The translations under genes were made by a program, and so were the position numbers. DNA of 64,000 bases. Origin: Candidatus Doudnabacteria bacterium. Its GTDB lineage: Bacteria; Patescibacteriota; Doudnabacteria; UBA920; O2-02-FULL-48-8. Under the pieces are notes generated by a model. It searched no databases, was not told the origin of the DNA, and was given only the letters and a program-made list of their open reading frames with translations. The number at the start of each line of letters is the position of its first letter. Within the stretch, counting starts at the first letter, position 1. The stretch lies in the NCBI GenBank assembly GCA_019659055.1, contig JAIFWV010000003.1, positions 14,706-78,705 on the forward strand, read 5' to 3'. Shown piece after piece: positions 16,596 to 25,784 of the stretch.

Positions 16596-17048
16596 AGTCA
16601 TTTTCTCCCTACGGCCCTCTATCTTGGAGGTGAGTATGGGTTTCTAGATGGGACGGGTCCCGGAACGCCGGGGCCCTAGCCCGCCTCCCACACTCTAATC
16701 CAGAATTTGGCCAAGGGAATCCTGTAAAACGAGGGACAGGATTGAGCGCCCATTGTCGTCAACAATAAAATGCAGGAGGAATTAGATTGTCGCGTATCAG
16801 GAGTTTTTTGCCTAACTTATTGTATGATCAGTCGCTTTCTGGTGCCCAGGGAACCAGAGGCAACCCCTCGCACGAAAGAAGCCAATGCATCCGAGAAAAG
16901 CAGGCGAAGGTTTCGCCACCACCAAGTAATGCAGAATGACCGGCGCCGACGCGATTTGGCCCGTAAGGGACTGTAAACATTCGGTCTCATTTGGGCCAAG
17001 CCGAAAAGAGCCGGGTCACACCATGTGTGACCCGGCTCGATTTTTTTT
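16596..17048 (+). ncRNA. Candidate structured non-coding RNA or leader transcript of about 450 nt, between the consensus promoter and an intrinsic terminator; no convincing ORF
   Basis: Contains multiple hairpins (GGGTCCCGG/CCGGGGCCC, AATCCTGT/ACAGGATT, GGCGAA-GGTT-TCGCC) and a 3-codon mini-ORF ATGGGTTTCTAG behind TGGAGGTGAGT. Only low-complexity ORFs are possible (49 aa via TTG, 68 aa without an RBS). I found no match to tmRNA, RNase P, SRP or 6S signatures by eye. Confidence 0.45.
17008..17048. terminator. Intrinsic terminator (GAGCCGGGTCACA/TGTGACCCGGCTC plus T8)
   Basis: 13-bp stem with a CCATG loop and T8 on the plus strand. A-rich upstream sequence may also terminate the convergent TrmB-family gene. 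Confidence 0.8.
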
Positions 17049-17055
17049 ATCTATA

Positions 17056-17796
17056 TTATTTCACGGTTTGCCAGAGAAGATGGAACAAAGCCCTAAATGA
17101 ATTTGCGACCTGTTCGTGAGTTATAATCACTCCCGATAACTTACCTTTGAAAGCCGTAATCGAGACATTGTTTCCATAAATCGCAACGTCGCAATCAAAA
17201 GGCAACGCCTTGGGATTTACGTGCTTTGTCTCCCGCAACAATTTGGGATCGGATTTTAGAAAATGCCCCTTCTTGCTGGTGTATATCATTTTGGACTTGA
17301 TTTTGAGCTTCACTCGGCGCGGGGTATGAGTTTCCGGATGTGTTGGTATGAGATCTATAACTGCGTCAGCGTTAACAATCGATAAGACTTCTTTGGGTTT
17401 GGATTTGATAAATACATCTTGCATCGTGAGCACTCCGTCGCGGCCTTCAAAGTATCTAACCACCGGTTTGTCGTCTCCCAGGCTAAACATGGTCTGCAAT
17501 CCGGGAAGAATACCCGACAATTCCGATTTTTTTTGTTCGAGCAGTTTTGATTCTTTATCCATGAGGATCTCAAGCTGATCTGGCGATTCAGCGACTGCGA
17601 GTTCCTTACCCGATTTATTCTGCGTGGAAACCAGCCCGAGCTTCTTTAACGACTCCAGCTGAAAATATGCGGTGGGGCGATTGATCCCCGCTTTTTTGGC
17701 TATCTCCGCGACCGGGGCAGGCCCAAGCTCCAACATGGCCACATAAACTTTGGCTTCGTTCTCCGTAAGCCCAATATTTTTGAGTTGATTGATCAT
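17056..17796 (-). CDS. TrmB-family transcriptional regulator
   Basis: N-terminal wHTH LTENEAKVYVAMLELGPAPVAEIAKKAGINRPTAYFQLESLKKLGLV is typical of TrmB. Confidence 0.7.
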   Translation of the reverse strand: MINQLKNIGLTENEAKVYVAMLELGPAPVAEIAKKAGINRPTAYFQLESLKKLGLVSTQNKSGKELAVAESPDQLEILMDKESKLLEQKKSELSGILPGLQTMFSLGDDKPVVRYFEGRDGVLTMQDVFIKSKPKEVLSIVNADAVIDLIPTHPETHTPRRVKLKIKSKMIYTSKKGHFLKSDPKLLRETKHVNPKALPFDCDVAIYGNNVSITAFKGKLSGVIITHEQVANSFRALFHLLWQTVK

Positions 17797-17880
17797 GAAA
17801 TAATCTTAGCATTTTTTGTATTTGCTAGCAATTTATGGTATAATCTGGCAGTGTTAAGAACGTAAAGTGAAAAGTAAAAA

Positions 17881-18246
17881 ATGCAAAACAGTAGTAATTC
17901 AAAAAGCGTATTGAAAGACAGATCTTATCAATTTGCGCTAGAAACGATCAGATTTATCAGAACTCTTGATCAGGAAGACTTCGGAATACAGATAATCTCT
18001 AAACAGTTATTCCGATGTGCCACAAGCATTGGCGCCAATGTCACCGAAGCTCAATCGGGCAGTACCAAAAAGGATTTTGCCAATTTTTTTAACTATGCAT
18101 TAAAGTCAGCAAACGAAACTCGTTATTGGCTAACTCTCTTGAAAGACCTGGGGGAAAATTCAAAAATAAATAAACTTATAGAAGAAAACAAAGAGATATC
18201 AAATATGCTCGCCGCGAGTATCATTACGCTCAAAGCACGAGCATAG
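17881..18246 (+). CDS. Four-helix-bundle protein (TIGR02436 family, often encoded in 23S rRNA intervening sequences)
   Basis: 121 aa. The motifs ATSIGANVTEAQ and ETRYWL are characteristic of this family. Here the gene is free-standing. Confidence 0.75.
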   Translation: MQNSSNSKSVLKDRSYQFALETIRFIRTLDQEDFGIQIISKQLFRCATSIGANVTEAQSGSTKKDFANFFNYALKSANETRYWLTLLKDLGENSKINKLIEENKEISNMLAASIITLKARA

Positions 18247-18277
18247 TTTTTTATTTTTTATTTTAAATTTTACACTT

Positions 18278-19699
18278 ATGGATAGAACTTACATCAAAGA
18301 CACGGTTGAGAAGACGGGAGAAACAGTGAAACTCAAAGGATGGGTGGCGGTGCGCCGCGACCACGGCAAGCTTATCTTTCTGGATTTGCGAGACAGGACA
18401 GGACTCATACAGTTGGTAATCAACCCAAAAGTTTCAGCAGACGCACACCTTGTCGCCACAGACATCCGCAGTGAATATGTTGTCGAAGTCGAGGGTAAGA
18501 TAAATCCTCGAATGGAAAACCAAATCAACAAAGACTTGCCCACTGGCATGATTGAACTCGAAGTCACTAAACTGGCTGTTCTAAACAAATCCGAACCCGT
18601 GCCTTTGAGTTTGGATACGGATGGCAAAGAAATTGGCGAAGACGTGCGTATGAAATATCGCTACCTGGATCTGCGCCGCGAACGCATGGCCAGGAATCTT
18701 GCCAATCGCCACCGGATTACCAAATTCATCCGCGACTTTCTCGATGCGGAAGGATTTATAGAAGTCGAAACCCCGATCCTTTCCAAATCCACTCCCGAAG
18801 GCGCGCGCGATTACCTCGTACCCTCGAGACTCCTGCCCGGAAGTTTCTACGCCCTGCCGCAATCACCCCAGCAGTACAAACAATTGCTCATGGTCGCAGG
18901 ACTCGAGAAATATTTCCAAATCGCTCGCTGTTTCCGCGATGAAGATACCAGAGGCGACCGACAACCAGAATTTACCCAGCTCGATTTGGAGATGAGTTTT
19001 GTAGAGCGTGAGGACGTTATGGCGCTCAATGAAAAACTGCTCATTGACATCGTCACTAAACTTTTTCCGGAAAAGAAAATTCAAGGAACTCCGTTTCCGC
19101 GTATGTCCTACCAAGAAGCCATGGACAAATACGGCACCGACCGGCCAGATCTGCGGGAAAACAAAGACGATCCGAATCTACTGGCTTTCTGCTGGGTTAT
19201 CGACTTCCCGTTTTTCGAAAAAACTGACGATCCGCCAGCTGGCGGAGGTTGGACATTCACTCATAACCCTTTCTCCGCACCTAAGACCGAATTCATGGAT
19301 GATCTGCTGAATCAAACCAATATCGAAGGCATCCTCACGACCCAATATGATGTCGTACTGAACGGATTTGAAATCGGCGGCGGCAGTATCCGCAACCACC
19401 GGCCGGAGGCACTCAAAGCTGTGTTTAAAATCATGGGATTTGAGGACGAGCGGATAGAGAAAAACTTCGGCCACATGCTTGAGGCATTATCTTACGGCGC
19501 CCCGCCGCACGGTGGTATTGCCTGGGGACTCGACCGCTTGGTGACCATAATCCAGAACGAACCCAATATCCGCGAAGTTATCGCTTTCCCTAAGACGGGA
19601 GATGGCCGCGATGTTATGATGGACGGCCCTGCACCGGCAACCGATAAACAATTAAAAGAACTGCACCTCAAGATCGATGCAGTCAAGGAGAAAAAGTAA
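18278..19699 (+). CDS. aspS: Aspartate-tRNA ligase, short form lacking the GAD insertion
   Basis: 473 aa. N-terminal OB fold (VKLKGWVAVRRDHGKLIFLDLRD), class II motifs 1-3 (FRDEDTRGDRQPEFTQLD and GGGSIR) and a C-terminal GLDRL motif. Confidence 0.9.
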   Translation: MDRTYIKDTVEKTGETVKLKGWVAVRRDHGKLIFLDLRDRTGLIQLVINPKVSADAHLVATDIRSEYVVEVEGKINPRMENQINKDLPTGMIELEVTKLAVLNKSEPVPLSLDTDGKEIGEDVRMKYRYLDLRRERMARNLANRHRITKFIRDFLDAEGFIEVETPILSKSTPEGARDYLVPSRLLPGSFYALPQSPQQYKQLLMVAGLEKYFQIARCFRDEDTRGDRQPEFTQLDLEMSFVEREDVMALNEKLLIDIVTKLFPEKKIQGTPFPRMSYQEAMDKYGTDRPDLRENKDDPNLLAFCWVIDFPFFEKTDDPPAGGGWTFTHNPFSAPKTEFMDDLLNQTNIEGILTTQYDVVLNGFEIGGGSIRNHRPEALKAVFKIMGFEDERIEKNFGHMLEALSYGAPPHGGIAWGLDRLVTIIQNEPNIREVIAFPKTGDGRDVMMDGPAPATDKQLKELHLKIDAVKEKK

Positions 19700-19908
19700 T
19701 GAACGATAAGGATTACAAATTTCGCAAAAATTATCGATTGTTATCAATAATTTTAAGCTGCGGCGTTCTTGTATTTGGTGCCGGCGCGATATTTACAGGA
19801 TACAAACCAACAACAACTCAATATTTGGCTTACGCATTCTTTATATTTCATCTAATCTACGCCATAATGAATAAACCAGTTCCACCTCCAACAACCCCTC
19901 ATATTTAA
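19699..19908 (+). CDS. Small membrane protein (69 aa)
   Basis: Its ATG overlaps the aspS stop codon. Two hydrophobic helices. Confidence 0.3.
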   Translation: MNDKDYKFRKNYRLLSIILSCGVLVFGAGAIFTGYKPTTTQYLAYAFFIFHLIYAIMNKPVPPPTTPHI

Positions 19909-19925
19909 TATACGCAACTTAGCAA

Positions 19926-19980
19926 AGAGATCGCCACGCGCCTACCAGCCTTGAGCTTGAATAAACGGCGCTCGCGATGG
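19926..19980. repeat. Intergenic repeat family B, diverged copy
   Basis: AGAGATCGCCACGCG...CGCTCGCGATGG, an inverted-repeat core shared with 62170-62248 and 63510-63589. Confidence 0.5.
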
Positions 19981-19989
19981 TTATAGATT

Positions 19990-20454
19990 ATGGCAATATC
20001 AAAACAATTAGAAAAACTGCTGACACAAAACAAGGTTAAACACGAGGTCGTGGAGCATCGCAAAGTCTTCACGGCTTTTGATTCGGCAGAAACCCAGGAT
20101 CTCAAACTCACGGAAGTTGCGAAAGCAGTTTTGCTCAAGGGCCGCAAGAATCTCTATTTAGCAGTTTTGCCGGCCGGCAATAACTGTGACTTCAAAGCGC
20201 TTTCGAAACTGTCCGGCGATAACCTTGCCATGGCCAAAGAAAAGGATATCAAAGCCAAGCTCAAAACGAAAATTGGGCTCATCCCGCCGTTTGGGTCGCT
20301 TTTTAAATTGCCGCTTTTCATAGACAAGAAACTGCTCAAGAATAAAAAACTAAACCTCCCGGCCGGATCCTACACCGAGTCAGTGATCATGAATACCAAA
20401 GATTATATAAAATTAGAGAGTCCCGTGCCCGGAAATTTCGCTATTAAAAAATAG
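19990..20454 (+). CDS. ybaK: YbaK/ProX-family aminoacyl-tRNA deacylase
   Basis: 154 aa with a GLIPPFG motif and the overall YbaK pattern. Confidence 0.65.
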   Translation: MAISKQLEKLLTQNKVKHEVVEHRKVFTAFDSAETQDLKLTEVAKAVLLKGRKNLYLAVLPAGNNCDFKALSKLSGDNLAMAKEKDIKAKLKTKIGLIPPFGSLFKLPLFIDKKLLKNKKLNLPAGSYTESVIMNTKDYIKLESPVPGNFAIKK

Positions 20455-20529
20455 GGTGAAGGGGGAAGAGCGAAGGGAAAACATTGTAGCCCTTTGTAGT
20501 TCCCTTCCCCCTTTGTAGTTCCCTCCCTT

Positions 20530-21279
20530 ATGCGTGTACAAATAAACCAATTTGAAGGGCCACTGGATTTACTCCTTCAGCTTATAGAAGACCAGCAGAT
20601 GGATATCACGGCATTATCACTCGGCCATGTGACTGAGCAATTTTTGGAATATGTCAGGAACCTGCAGGAAAAAAACCCTATCAACATCGCTGACTTCCTC
20701 ATCATTGCCGCCAAACTGCTCGTCATAAAATCCAAAGCCCTGCTCCCCAATCTCGAATTTGGGATCGAAGAAGAAGAAACCGCATACGATCTCGCCCAAC
20801 AACTGCTCATTTATAAAAAATTTAAGGAAGTTGCCAAATACCTGCGCCGGCTCGATCTAAGCCGCCACCAATCCTGGGCGCACGAAGTCGATTTCACCAA
20901 CCGTGTAACTTTTGTCCCAGATCCAGACGTTACCGTGCCGATGCTGGCCGAATCGCTGGGAAGATTGGCCACCGAGCTTCGCGAGATTATCAAACTTCCG
21001 GAAAAAGTTATGGAAGAGGTGGTATCGATCTCGGAAAAAATCGCTCATATCCAAAGGCTTATCGCCGACAAAGTCGAGACCTCGCTTTCCGACTTGCTCC
21101 GCGAAGCCAAAAGCAAAACCGATATTATCGTTACCTTCTTGGCCCTGCTCGAACTCACCAAACAGCGTATAGTCTCACTTGAGCAAACTGAACACTTTGC
21201 CGATATAATAATTAAACAGAGCAATCCCATCTCGAACGAGGTGAGAGATCTCGGTGTTAGTACCGAGACTTCTCGCTAA
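20530..21279 (+). CDS. scpA: Segregation and condensation protein A
   Basis: N-terminal FEGPLDLLLQLIE with ScpA length and order. It is immediately followed by scpB. Confidence 0.85.
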   Translation: MRVQINQFEGPLDLLLQLIEDQQMDITALSLGHVTEQFLEYVRNLQEKNPINIADFLIIAAKLLVIKSKALLPNLEFGIEEEETAYDLAQQLLIYKKFKEVAKYLRRLDLSRHQSWAHEVDFTNRVTFVPDPDVTVPMLAESLGRLATELREIIKLPEKVMEEVVSISEKIAHIQRLIADKVETSLSDLLREAKSKTDIIVTFLALLELTKQRIVSLEQTEHFADIIIKQSNPISNEVRDLGVSTETSR

Positions 21280-21299
21280 TCGCTCGAAGTGGTTACCTT

Positions 21300-21863
21300 A
21301 TGGACCTCTCTAAATTAAAATCAATAATTCTTTCTATCCTCTTTGTGGCTTCCAAACCGGTGAGCATCCGGGAACTTTTTGAAACCCTCAACATCGAAGA
21401 GAGCGAGATCAAAGAAGCGATCGCAAGCCTCGTCGCCGACAACGCGCACTCAGGCATAGTGGTGCTCGCCCACAACGACAAACTCCAGCTGTCGTCGAAT
21501 CCAGATAATAGTTTCGAAGTCAAGAAATTCTTATCTCTGGAATTGCGTGAGAAACTTTCCGACGCGGCCATAGAAACCCTGGCTATAATTTTGTATAAAC
21601 AGCCCGTCTCCAAAGCCGAAATCGAAAACATCCGCGGCGTAAATTCCCAATACACTCTCCGTCAGCTCCTCATCCGCGGGCTCATAGAGAAAGCCTCATC
21701 ATCCAATGACAAGCGGGTTCAGAATTACAAAACCACTCTCGAGTTCATGCAGCATATGGGAATCAAGGATGTAAATGATCTGCCAAGCTTTGAGGAGCTG
21801 ACCAAACACATCCAGCTCCCCGGCTCCGAAACAAACCTCGAATCACAAAAAAAACAAGAGTAA
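21300..21863 (+). CDS. scpB: Segregation and condensation protein B
   Basis: Tandem wHTH with LSKAEIENIRGVNSQYTLRQL, positioned directly after scpA. Confidence 0.8.
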   Translation: MDLSKLKSIILSILFVASKPVSIRELFETLNIEESEIKEAIASLVADNAHSGIVVLAHNDKLQLSSNPDNSFEVKKFLSLELREKLSDAAIETLAIILYKQPVSKAEIENIRGVNSQYTLRQLLIRGLIEKASSSNDKRVQNYKTTLEFMQHMGIKDVNDLPSFEELTKHIQLPGSETNLESQKKQE

Positions 21864-21882
21864 ACCATTGAGGCTTACTCTT

Positions 21883-22653
21883 CTACGCCGGCCTGTATTC
21901 CAGCTCGGCTTGTCGCAATAATTCCTCCTGTTCCCTTTGTACAAACTTCGGCAAGATCTGGATGAACGTCTCCACTATGGATGGATCAAACGAATCACCC
22001 GCATGCTTCCGGAGCTCAGCACAACTTTCTTCGACAGACATAAAGCCTGTCTTATAATGCCGTTTCCGGACCATGCTGTCGAACGAATCAGCGACATGGA
22101 TAATCCGTCCGATGCGAGGGATGTTTTTTCCCTGCAAAAATTTCGGCCCGCTCTCCTGGTAGAGCAACGACGTGGAAATCTCGTTGAGCCAACCGCCGCC
22201 ATAATGAATGTGGTGCGTGAGGTGACCGGTGATGATAAGCCTGAGCTTCCGAGGCTCGTAGTTGTCGCCGTAAATTCGCCGGGCTTTGAGCGCCCCAAGA
22301 TAGCTATGCTTATCTGCTTGGGCCTTTTCCTCAGGCGTGAGTTTGCGCATGAGTCTGAACAAATGCGCAATCTCTGGATCGAATTTCCCGAGGTCGTGGA
22401 GGTACGCCGCAACCCCGTAATCCACTGCCTGGTCCATGGGACGGCCCAGGGCAATTGCTGTCAGGGTTGTAAGCAATGCAACTCTCCAGCAATGTGCCCC
22501 CCATTCCTTCAACTTACTACGGTCATCAGAGACCACCGAACCCAACTTCCTAAACAACGCCTTTTCCACGGGGTTGTTTAGGTCAAACGGAACATAAACA
22601 TCCTCGTGCAAGCCGCCCTCCTTTATCTTTTGACTGCCGGAACCTGATTTCAT
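21883..22653 (-). CDS. HD-domain phosphohydrolase
   Basis: AAYLHDLGK (H...HD) metal-binding motif. Confidence 0.6.
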   Translation of the reverse strand: MKSGSGSQKIKEGGLHEDVYVPFDLNNPVEKALFRKLGSVVSDDRSKLKEWGAHCWRVALLTTLTAIALGRPMDQAVDYGVAAYLHDLGKFDPEIAHLFRLMRKLTPEEKAQADKHSYLGALKARRIYGDNYEPRKLRLIITGHLTHHIHYGGGWLNEISTSLLYQESGPKFLQGKNIPRIGRIIHVADSFDSMVRKRHYKTGFMSVEESCAELRKHAGDSFDPSIVETFIQILPKFVQREQEELLRQAELEYRPA

Positions 22654-22881
22654 ATTAAGACCAGATCCTGATCTTCAAAAGCAAAAATTAGCACAAACGA
22701 AAAAGAGGGTTACTCAAATAATTGCCCTCTCTTCCTCACGAAAATTAATTAAACGGCGTATTGTTCCTTAAGCCGAAACAGGTGAATTCTGGCGGCGTGT
22801 TCAATGGCGGCATCATGGTATTGTTTGATCGTCTGATAAATCCACTTTTCATATGAGCGCAAAGCCTTGCGGCTCGTAACC

Positions 22882-23076
22882 TTAGAAGCCTTCTCGGCGA
22901 TTTCGTATAGCACCAGTAAATGTGACATTTTTCTTAACCTCCACCCAATTGGTCTTGATATGGCTCATGAGCGAGCCGATGCCAAACATCTGAAGCTTAT
23001 TTGTTTCAAGTTTCTTTTCGGATTTCCGAAGCTTCGCCCCCAAACGCTTGGCTAATTTTCTCGCTTCACCCACCAT
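22882..23076 (-). CDS. Small basic ORF (64 aa). It overlaps an alternative 57-aa ORF at 22757..22930 in another frame, and both have a Shine-Dalgarno
   Basis: AGGAGAA sits 8 nt before the ATG at 23076. The alternative ORF has GGAGGTTAAG before the ATG at 22930. Confidence 0.25.
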   Translation of the reverse strand: MVGEARKLAKRLGAKLRKSEKKLETNKLQMFGIGSLMSHIKTNWVEVKKNVTFTGAIRNRREGF

Positions 23077-23183
23077 AAAATAATTCTCCTAAAACTATCT
23101 TATGCTCAAAGCCTCGTGTTTTAAATCGTGCGAAAGTACAAAGCACAGGTGAGTTTTGAAAGCAATTTTGTATTTATTGCTAG

Positions 23184-23248
23184 CCCATTTCGAGTGATTA
23201 GCGAGAAATCCCTCGTATGAGGGATCCCTCCCTCCGGTCGGGATGGGG
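23184..23248. repeat. Intergenic repeat family A, diverged copy
   Basis: CCCATTTCGAGTGATTAGCGAGAAATC...CGGTCGGGATGGGG. The termini are inverted repeats, and an internal hairpin ATCCCTC-GTAT-GAGGGAT is present. It sits immediately 3' of the PucR-family gene. Confidence 0.5.
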
Positions 23249-23250
23249 CT

Positions 23251-24480
23251 CTATATCTGCTTAGTTGTTGATTTCTCAAGATACAGCACTCGGTTTAAGA
23301 TAAGCGCCACTTTGAGCTCCATAGCGTCGTTGAACTTGCGCGGATCGAGGCCGGTAACCTTTTTGATCTTATCCAAGCGGTAAAGCAAAGTATTCCGGTG
23401 GATCTTGAGCTCTTTTGAGGTCTGGGTCAGACTCATGTTTTTGTCGAAAAACACTTCCACAGTCTCAAGCAGGTACTCTTCGGCCAAAAGTTTCATGAGC
23501 AGTCGGCGGACGAAATTGTCCTGCCATTTTTTGTTGCCGCCGGCAAGTGTGGCAATCATCCCCAAATCATCGATGTGGTACATGGTCCGCTGTTCGCCAA
23601 TGCTGAGTCCCAAGTTGAGGGCGCGGCGGGCCTCTTCGTAAGCAAGCGTGGCTCCGTCCTTGCCGCGGTAAAAACTGCCAATCGCGACCAGGATTTTCTT
23701 GAAGTCGGGGCCGATGTTGTCTTTGATGATTTTCTGGAAATCCTCGGACCGGGTACGGATCATCTCGACCATCTCGCGGCCGTCGATGCTATAGAGTTCA
23801 TCCACAAGCACCACAAACGTATCCGAGCCGAAATAGGCCACAGTGCATCCGGAGAGGCGGCCGAAGAATTGGCTCAAGCCGAGGAAAATTTTCTTTTTGT
23901 AGCTAGAGAGCGCAGTCTGTTTCTCATCTTCGGAGGCCGAGAGCTTGTCGCCAAAGAGCGTGGCCCAGAAATTCTCGATATTTATAATCACGACAACTTT
24001 ATCGCGATTGAGGTTGAGATCAAAGAGGTCTGCTTCTTCGCGGACCTTGCTGTCCTCCACCGCAAGCCGACGGTGGAGCAATCCAAACACAAAATTATCT
24101 TTGATCTTGTCTTTGTAAGGGAAATGGTCGACGACCATGCTCTGATGGATCAGTAGTTCCAGTGTCGTCGAGAGGATTTGCCGGTAGTACTGGTAACCCT
24201 CGCGCTTATCTTCTATAAAAAGCGCGCCTATAACTTCGTCGCCATAATTTATGGGAATTATAAACCCTTCGGCAAGGCTGGTTTTCGTCGCCGGACCCGC
24301 GGTTTCCAATTCCTTCTTTCCTTCGACCACTTCACGAAACTGATCGTAATTCTTGCCAGTTTCGGAAAGATCTGAGGAAGCCAAAACGTCTCCCCGATTA
24401 TTTGCGACTGTGATTTTCTTCTTAAGTAAAGCCGAAAGCTTGTTTACTATGTTTTCTGCGATAATTTCGCTGAGTTCCAT
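23251..24480 (-). CDS. PucR/CdaR-family transcriptional regulator
   Basis: 409 aa. The C-terminal HTH LTQTSKELKIHRNTLLYRLDKIKKVTGLD is typical of the PucR C-terminal domain. Confidence 0.7.
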   Translation of the reverse strand: MELSEIIAENIVNKLSALLKKKITVANNRGDVLASSDLSETGKNYDQFREVVEGKKELETAGPATKTSLAEGFIIPINYGDEVIGALFIEDKREGYQYYRQILSTTLELLIHQSMVVDHFPYKDKIKDNFVFGLLHRRLAVEDSKVREEADLFDLNLNRDKVVVIINIENFWATLFGDKLSASEDEKQTALSSYKKKIFLGLSQFFGRLSGCTVAYFGSDTFVVLVDELYSIDGREMVEMIRTRSEDFQKIIKDNIGPDFKKILVAIGSFYRGKDGATLAYEEARRALNLGLSIGEQRTMYHIDDLGMIATLAGGNKKWQDNFVRRLLMKLLAEEYLLETVEVFFDKNMSLTQTSKELKIHRNTLLYRLDKIKKVTGLDPRKFNDAMELKVALILNRVLYLEKSTTKQI

Positions 24481-24788
24481 ATTTATACCTTTCCCTAATG
24501 CTTATAGTATAAATATACAGCACAAAATATAAAAATCAAGCCCTTTTGCTTGGTTTTGCACAATTTTTTGTATATATTGTACAAAAATAAACTAGATGTT
24601 CGTACAATTATTGTTTTTTGACGTATTTGATCTGGCGTTATTCACAATTTGCTTTGGAAAAATTTGGTCAAAGAATCAATTTTGGTTCCAAAAGCGTTTG
24701 TGCATGTGCATAACCAGAGAATTTCTAATTATCCTAATTTCTAATTACCAAAAGCCATTTAGAAATTAGAGCAATTAGAGTAATTAGG

Positions 24789-25784
24789 TCAATTATTCAG
24801 AAGCTCTTTTCCTGCTTCCCACATGCCCCAGTCGTTATTGGTCTTGGCCATCCAGTACCACCATTCCACTCCCCACAGGTAATGCTTGCCAACGCCAGTC
24901 TTGCGGGCAAACTCAGCATTTTGATTAAAGACCTTGGGATTCATCAAGGAGTTTTGAGTGGCAAGAGGAGTATTCAACGCCCCGTTGGTAAACCATGGCT
25001 CCATTTGCAACTCGACGTCCGAAATCTCTTTGCCATAACCCAAAGTCTGCAATATCCCGGCGCGGACTCGATAAAAAGCCGGCGGCAGGGGGTATTTGTA
25101 GTAGCCGCCATATTTTTCATCATAAGACAGGCGGTACAAAGTAAAACCAAAATTATCCGCTCCGGATTTCATAGGCCCGATCCAAGAACCCCGATCACCG
25201 CTGTCGGTAACCATAATCGGTCGGCTGTCCAGACTGCGTACGAGATCAACTTCGCGGCGCAATAAATCATGGCTGATCACCGGACACCCCGGACCAAAGC
25301 TAAAGTTCGGCTCGTTTTCCACTTGCCATTGAGTGATGGCAGTATAGGGGCGAAAATGCTCGACGCTTGTTTTGATAAAATCAAGGACTGCCTGATCCTG
25401 GGCATTTTGGTCAAGCTCTTTATACCAGCCGGGTTCGTGGCATTCCGGCCAGCGCGGTTGTTTGCGGCCCACCACCAGAAGCACGTTTACATTTTGCTTC
25501 TGAGCTTCGGCCACGAGCTGATCAGTAATACTAAAATCATAATTACCTCTCTCCCGCTCGATATCGTCCCAATACGTCATCAGGCGCAAGTTCTTGGGCT
25601 TAAGATCTGCGAGAATATCCAGGTACATAGTTTTCCAGTCAAACCCCAAGCCCCGCGCCTCTCGGTAAGAGAAAGTGAGGCCCCATTCAGGCTTGCTTGC
25701 CGGTTTAAACCGGAAATAGAAAAACAAGATCAAGGCTAAGCCTAAGATCAAAATAATCCCAATAATTTTCCAGAATTTTTTCAT
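24789..25784 (-). CDS. Membrane-anchored TIM-barrel glycoside hydrolase, GH5-like
   Basis: N-terminal TM helix. The catalytic acid motif WQVENEPN (NEP) is characteristic of GH5-type retaining glycosidases. Confidence 0.55.
   Translation of the reverse strand: MKKFWKIIGIILILGLALILFFYFRFKPASKPEWGLTFSYREARGLGFDWKTMYLDILADLKPKNLRLMTYWDDIERERGNYDFSITDQLVAEAQKQNVNVLLVVGRKQPRWPECHEPGWYKELDQNAQDQAVLDFIKTSVEHFRPYTAITQWQVENEPNFSFGPGCPVISHDLLRREVDLVRSLDSRPIMVTDSGDRGSWIGPMKSGADNFGFTLYRLSYDEKYGGYYKYPLPPAFYRVRAGILQTLGYGKEISDVELQMEPWFTNGALNTPLATQNSLMNPKVFNQNAEFARKTGVGKHYLWGVEWWYWMAKTNNDWGMWEAGKELLNN

Noticed and set aside
16596-17048. tmRNA, RNase P RNA, SRP RNA or 6S RNA identity for the orphan transcript
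   Set aside because: No tRNA-like T-arm (GGTTCGA) or tag ORF was found for tmRNA. No GGAAAGTCCGGGCTCC/ACAGAA motifs for RNase P, and no AGGUCAGGUCCGGAAGG for SRP. It remains an unclassified candidate ncRNA.
17881-18246. Four-helix-bundle protein as evidence of a 23S rRNA intervening sequence or rRNA operon
   Set aside because: Flanking sequence shows no rRNA-like conserved stretches. The gene has its own context between a TrmB regulator and aspS.
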